A stretch of 40,988 nucleotides of DNA from Gonapodya sp. JEL0774 (Eukaryota): NCBI GenBank assembly GCA_027604505.1, contig JADIIX010000169.1:1-40988 (forward strand), in the 5' to 3' direction. The notes beneath the pieces were generated by a model. That model did not search any database and was not told where the DNA came from. It saw only the letters and a list, made by a program, of their open reading frames with translations. The position numbers and the translations under genes are program-made. Every line of letters begins with the position of its first letter. Within the stretch, counting starts at the first letter, position 1. Shown piece after piece: positions 37,861 to 40,988 of this stretch.

Positions 37861-39668
37861 TCAATGTGTATAACCGCGGGGATAAAGTGGCACCCCCTCT
37901 TCCGACTGCCTGGCTGAGCCAGTTATCCATGCGTCCGATCTCCCAGGTGGGTCCATTAAATTACGGGACCTAGGAGGGACTGGGGGTGCGATGGTGGGAA
38001 GTGGTGGTGGGTCAAAGACAGTCTCATTGCCACGGATCGGTTCGGCCGCCGTGGCAACACTGTCGCGTGCATATAACGTGGAAGTGGAGCCAAGTGAGCG
38101 CTGCGGCGTACTACCATCAGATGGAGTTTCATCGGACGAGGCGTCCTAACGCAAGACGGGTACAAAAGCAAAAAGCATTGGTACATATTGCCGAAATTTT
38201 CAGTGCCGCAGAAAAGGATGTGAAGGTGAAATACCTGGTCAGCGGTTTTTTCGTATATAACCCTCCCGAAGTTTATGATGAAGCATATGCCAACTATGAT
38301 CACTGGGCCTTGAAACCATGAAATCAAGAAGGTTAGAAGTGAGGTGAATGTCCTTAATGCAAGTGTCGCAGCTCACCAAAGAACGCCGCGACATCATACT
38401 GAGTGCCAATCGGCGGAGCATTTGGTGCGGTCGCACGAATTCCAGGTAGTGCAAAGAGTAGGGCCGCACCAACCTCTGCGAAGATATCGGGGGCGAATTC
38501 GAGGAACAATTTGCCTTGAAAGGGGATATTACAGTTCAGTACCCACCAACAATCCATGACTGAAGGGGCTGTCCATTGTGTCTGACATCAGTTGTGGCTA
38601 CGAAGTACATCAAAGCAACACCCCACTGCAATGTAGTTGAGCAGTAGGCTTTAAAATCAACTCGCATCGCAGGTTTGTTCCTCACCATTATTACTGCAAT
38701 AACGAGGGCAAAAACTTTGGTAGTTGCCGACCTTCTGTAACTCAAGTACAGCTCAATGTATTTGTCGTCATATGTTGTCGCATTTGTCCCGTATGCGTAG
38801 GGGCCCTGGTCTCCAAAAATGACGAGCCCTAAAGGGTACAGAGTCTTTTCCTTGAACAATGCAAATGCGGGCAGATATCCCGTGTAGGTATCAAACGGGT
38901 AATTACTTCCTGAAGAGAGGGATGATGTATTATTGATCGTATTACCAACGGACACGGAGGAGAAGGAGGGGGAAATCGTGGGGAGATCAATGGATGAGTT
39001 ACGTTAAAGGAATGTACAAAATCTACTCACTTATTCCGAACATAACACATGTGGCCGTGATATAATGCAGGTCGGAGTATTTCTCGTCTGATGAATTCCA
39101 AATTGATGTGCCAACAGACAGAGATGTGTCCGTCCAAGAACCTCCTTCAACTATTTTCCGGTTTTCGAGAGTGTAAATCTACGGGCACTAGGTCATTTCT
39201 GTTGCACGTACACTATAGCTTGAGCTCAGTCTCACCTCAAACCTAATGGTGAGTTCCAGGGTACTCTCCTCTACTTTTGAAATCGTCCCCCACAATATAT
39301 ACCCCTCCGAAAACTCAGTGCCGTTCTTTGTCCTGATTGTTACATTATTCGAACCGACGCCTCTTCTCAAGTTTGCGTAAAGAGAATAGTTCCAATCTTC
39401 AGCTGTGAGAATATTGGATCTTCAATGAGTGCAAGGGTTCAAGCTCCCCCATCTCGTACAAAACTCACTGTTCCTCCGATACAAGATATTGATCGCAATT
39501 AACGGAGCTGATAGTAGGAGTCTGAATGCAATTTGGGTTAGTCAAGCGGAAACCATTGTGCAATGGATAGTCAACGTACAGGATGCACAGAGGTAAAGCC
39601 TTCCTCCACCAAGCACGCTTTGCCCTGGGAAGAAGAGCTTTGTATCTTGAAAATTGCAGGATGGCCAT
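37861..39668 (-). CDS. DUF4436-like multi-pass membrane protein, multi-exon
   Basis: N-terminal TM, extracellular region with NYPFDTY, LSYRRSATTKVFALVIAVIM|WGVAL, GAALLFALPGIRATAPNAPPIGTQYDVAAFF|GPVIIVGICFII and a Pro-rich tail ending GYTH*. YPFDxY plus LFALPxxRxxxPxAPPIG is the DUF4436 pattern as I recall it. Confidence 0.8.
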
Positions 39669-40432
39669 TCAGTAAATGGATCGTCTTTATGAATAAGGTA
39701 CGGCTTGTCAGGACAGGGACAGATCGTTGAGTTCACTCGTGTCGACGGCGGTGCTCACTCTATGATGTGGGACAGGGGCAATCGCAAGAATGAAATAATG
39801 GGGGCAGGAAGGAGATCACTGAGACATTCCGGATGTTATAAATGAATTGGTCCCCCACACAGGCCAAAGCAGTGCCTCACTGAGGGCGCCCCGCATTGAG
39901 ATAAGTCAAACTCACTTTGACCCTGGGCCCTGGTGATTAGTATTTGCGGGTTAGTGGGGCAATGCGTATTTTGGCCACATCGCTCGCTCTTATCTTTCAG
40001 TATTCTATCGGTTGCTATAGTAAGGATGATGTGAAGTTTTGCTGTCGCATGTGGTGGAATGAAGGCTGTGCATGGACATCTTGAATATATTGTGCTGTGT
40101 ATGGGCCCATATTCCTCACACTCAAACAGGTAGCAAGCACATCAAATCGTCATGATGGAGGGAAAATCTGCATGGACAAGAAAGTTGGTACGAAGGGGCA
40201 GATTCGAATGTTTTCCAGCGGTGCACAGGGCGGTGCATTTCGACCTGATGACGGATACAGAAAAACACAAGTCAGTTGATTCCTCGTTCGAGTCCAATGC
40301 CCTTCATATGCAAATATATTCACAATGCAATAACGATAACAATGAACAAGTTGCTTCCTCTAACAGGACTGCTTTGGTTGTTTTTAAAATTCAATTGGAT
40401 GCAACAAGTCCATGTGGGATATAATATAAGCT

Positions 40433-40912
40433 TTAGAGTGTGAACGGAGTGTTGAGAGAAATGCGCTGAGCCTGGGTGGGATGGATCGGGATGTAAACAC
40501 ACGCACACACACACGAGGGAAAGGCGCACACCGTCCGACAATCAATCATCAGTCAGCCCACAAAACAGAACAGAAAAAACCCGCAACCCCCACCTCCCCG
40601 TCACCCGTGAACACGACGAACAGACACCTACCGTCGACATCTGCAGGTCCTGCCTGTTCCCGTCTTTGAAACCCTTTCCATACTTTTCGTCGATACTCGT
40701 CTTGAGAGAGAAGAGGACCTGGGCCACCGTGGGGTTCTTGAGGGTCCGCATGGCTGAGACAGAATGCGGTCGTGTCGGTGGTGAGACGAGGGGGGGTGTG
40801 AGTACGGTAAAGTCGTAGCGGTAGATCTTCCTCCTGCCCACCCACTCTTCACCAAAACTAACTCACTTTGTAGAAACTCGTGTGTCATGATGCTTCGGTA
40901 CCCAACATCTGC
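40433..40912 (-). CDS. Probable metacaspase (peptidase C14) C-terminal exons; gene continues beyond the window
   Basis: Three exons splice in frame to DVGYRSIMTHEFLQT|MRTLKNPTVAQVLFSLKTSIDEKYGKGFKDGNRQDLQMST|AQRISLNTPFTL*. This resembles the metacaspase p10 end (GAMSxAF...SYxxLL...QxPQLSS...FxL). The catalytic His/Cys are not in the window. Confidence 0.6.
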
Positions 40913-40988
40913 ACAAACCCAAATCACCAAAGCGCGCGGCGTGAGAAACTCGTCTCTCGACCCTCCACCCCACCCCCCCCACCCCCCC

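Noticed and set aside
37986..38321. Plus-strand 111-aa ORF with protein-like composition
   Set aside because: It is the antisense of the last exons of the DUF4436-like gene.
39870..39950. Small nested inverted repeats upstream of the DUF4436-like gene
   Set aside because: Stems of only about 6 bp, as expected by chance.

Overview
Eukaryotic, intron-rich genomic DNA (GT-AG introns, mostly GTGAG/GTAAG/GTACG donors). Gene content suggests a fungus, probably an early-diverging zoosporic lineage; this is inference only. The first ~6 kb is a CpG-depleted nest of decayed transposons: two Ty1/copia pol fragments, a copia 3' LTR with PPT, and a PIF/Harbinger element (Myb/SANT ORF plus convergent DDE transposase) carrying a nested 708-bp Tourist-like element with 13-bp TIRs and a TAA TSD. 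The rest is gene-dense: ALG10, a Slt2/Mpk1-type MAPK, complex I 51-kDa subunit (NDUFV1), an orphan type I membrane glycoprotein, a type II membrane-anchored GH26, ATG18, ERG6/SMT1, a low-complexity zinc-finger protein, an ankyrin fragment, GND1, a DUF4436-like membrane protein and the 3' end of a probable metacaspase. Most notable are the CpG depletion running into the 3' half of ALG10, the pLGIC-like motifs of the DUF4436 protein, the Kre6-like topology of the GH26 and a G-to-Q change in an NDUFV1 motif. Gene models were spliced by eye, so boundaries are approximate. I found no clear novel multi-gene system.
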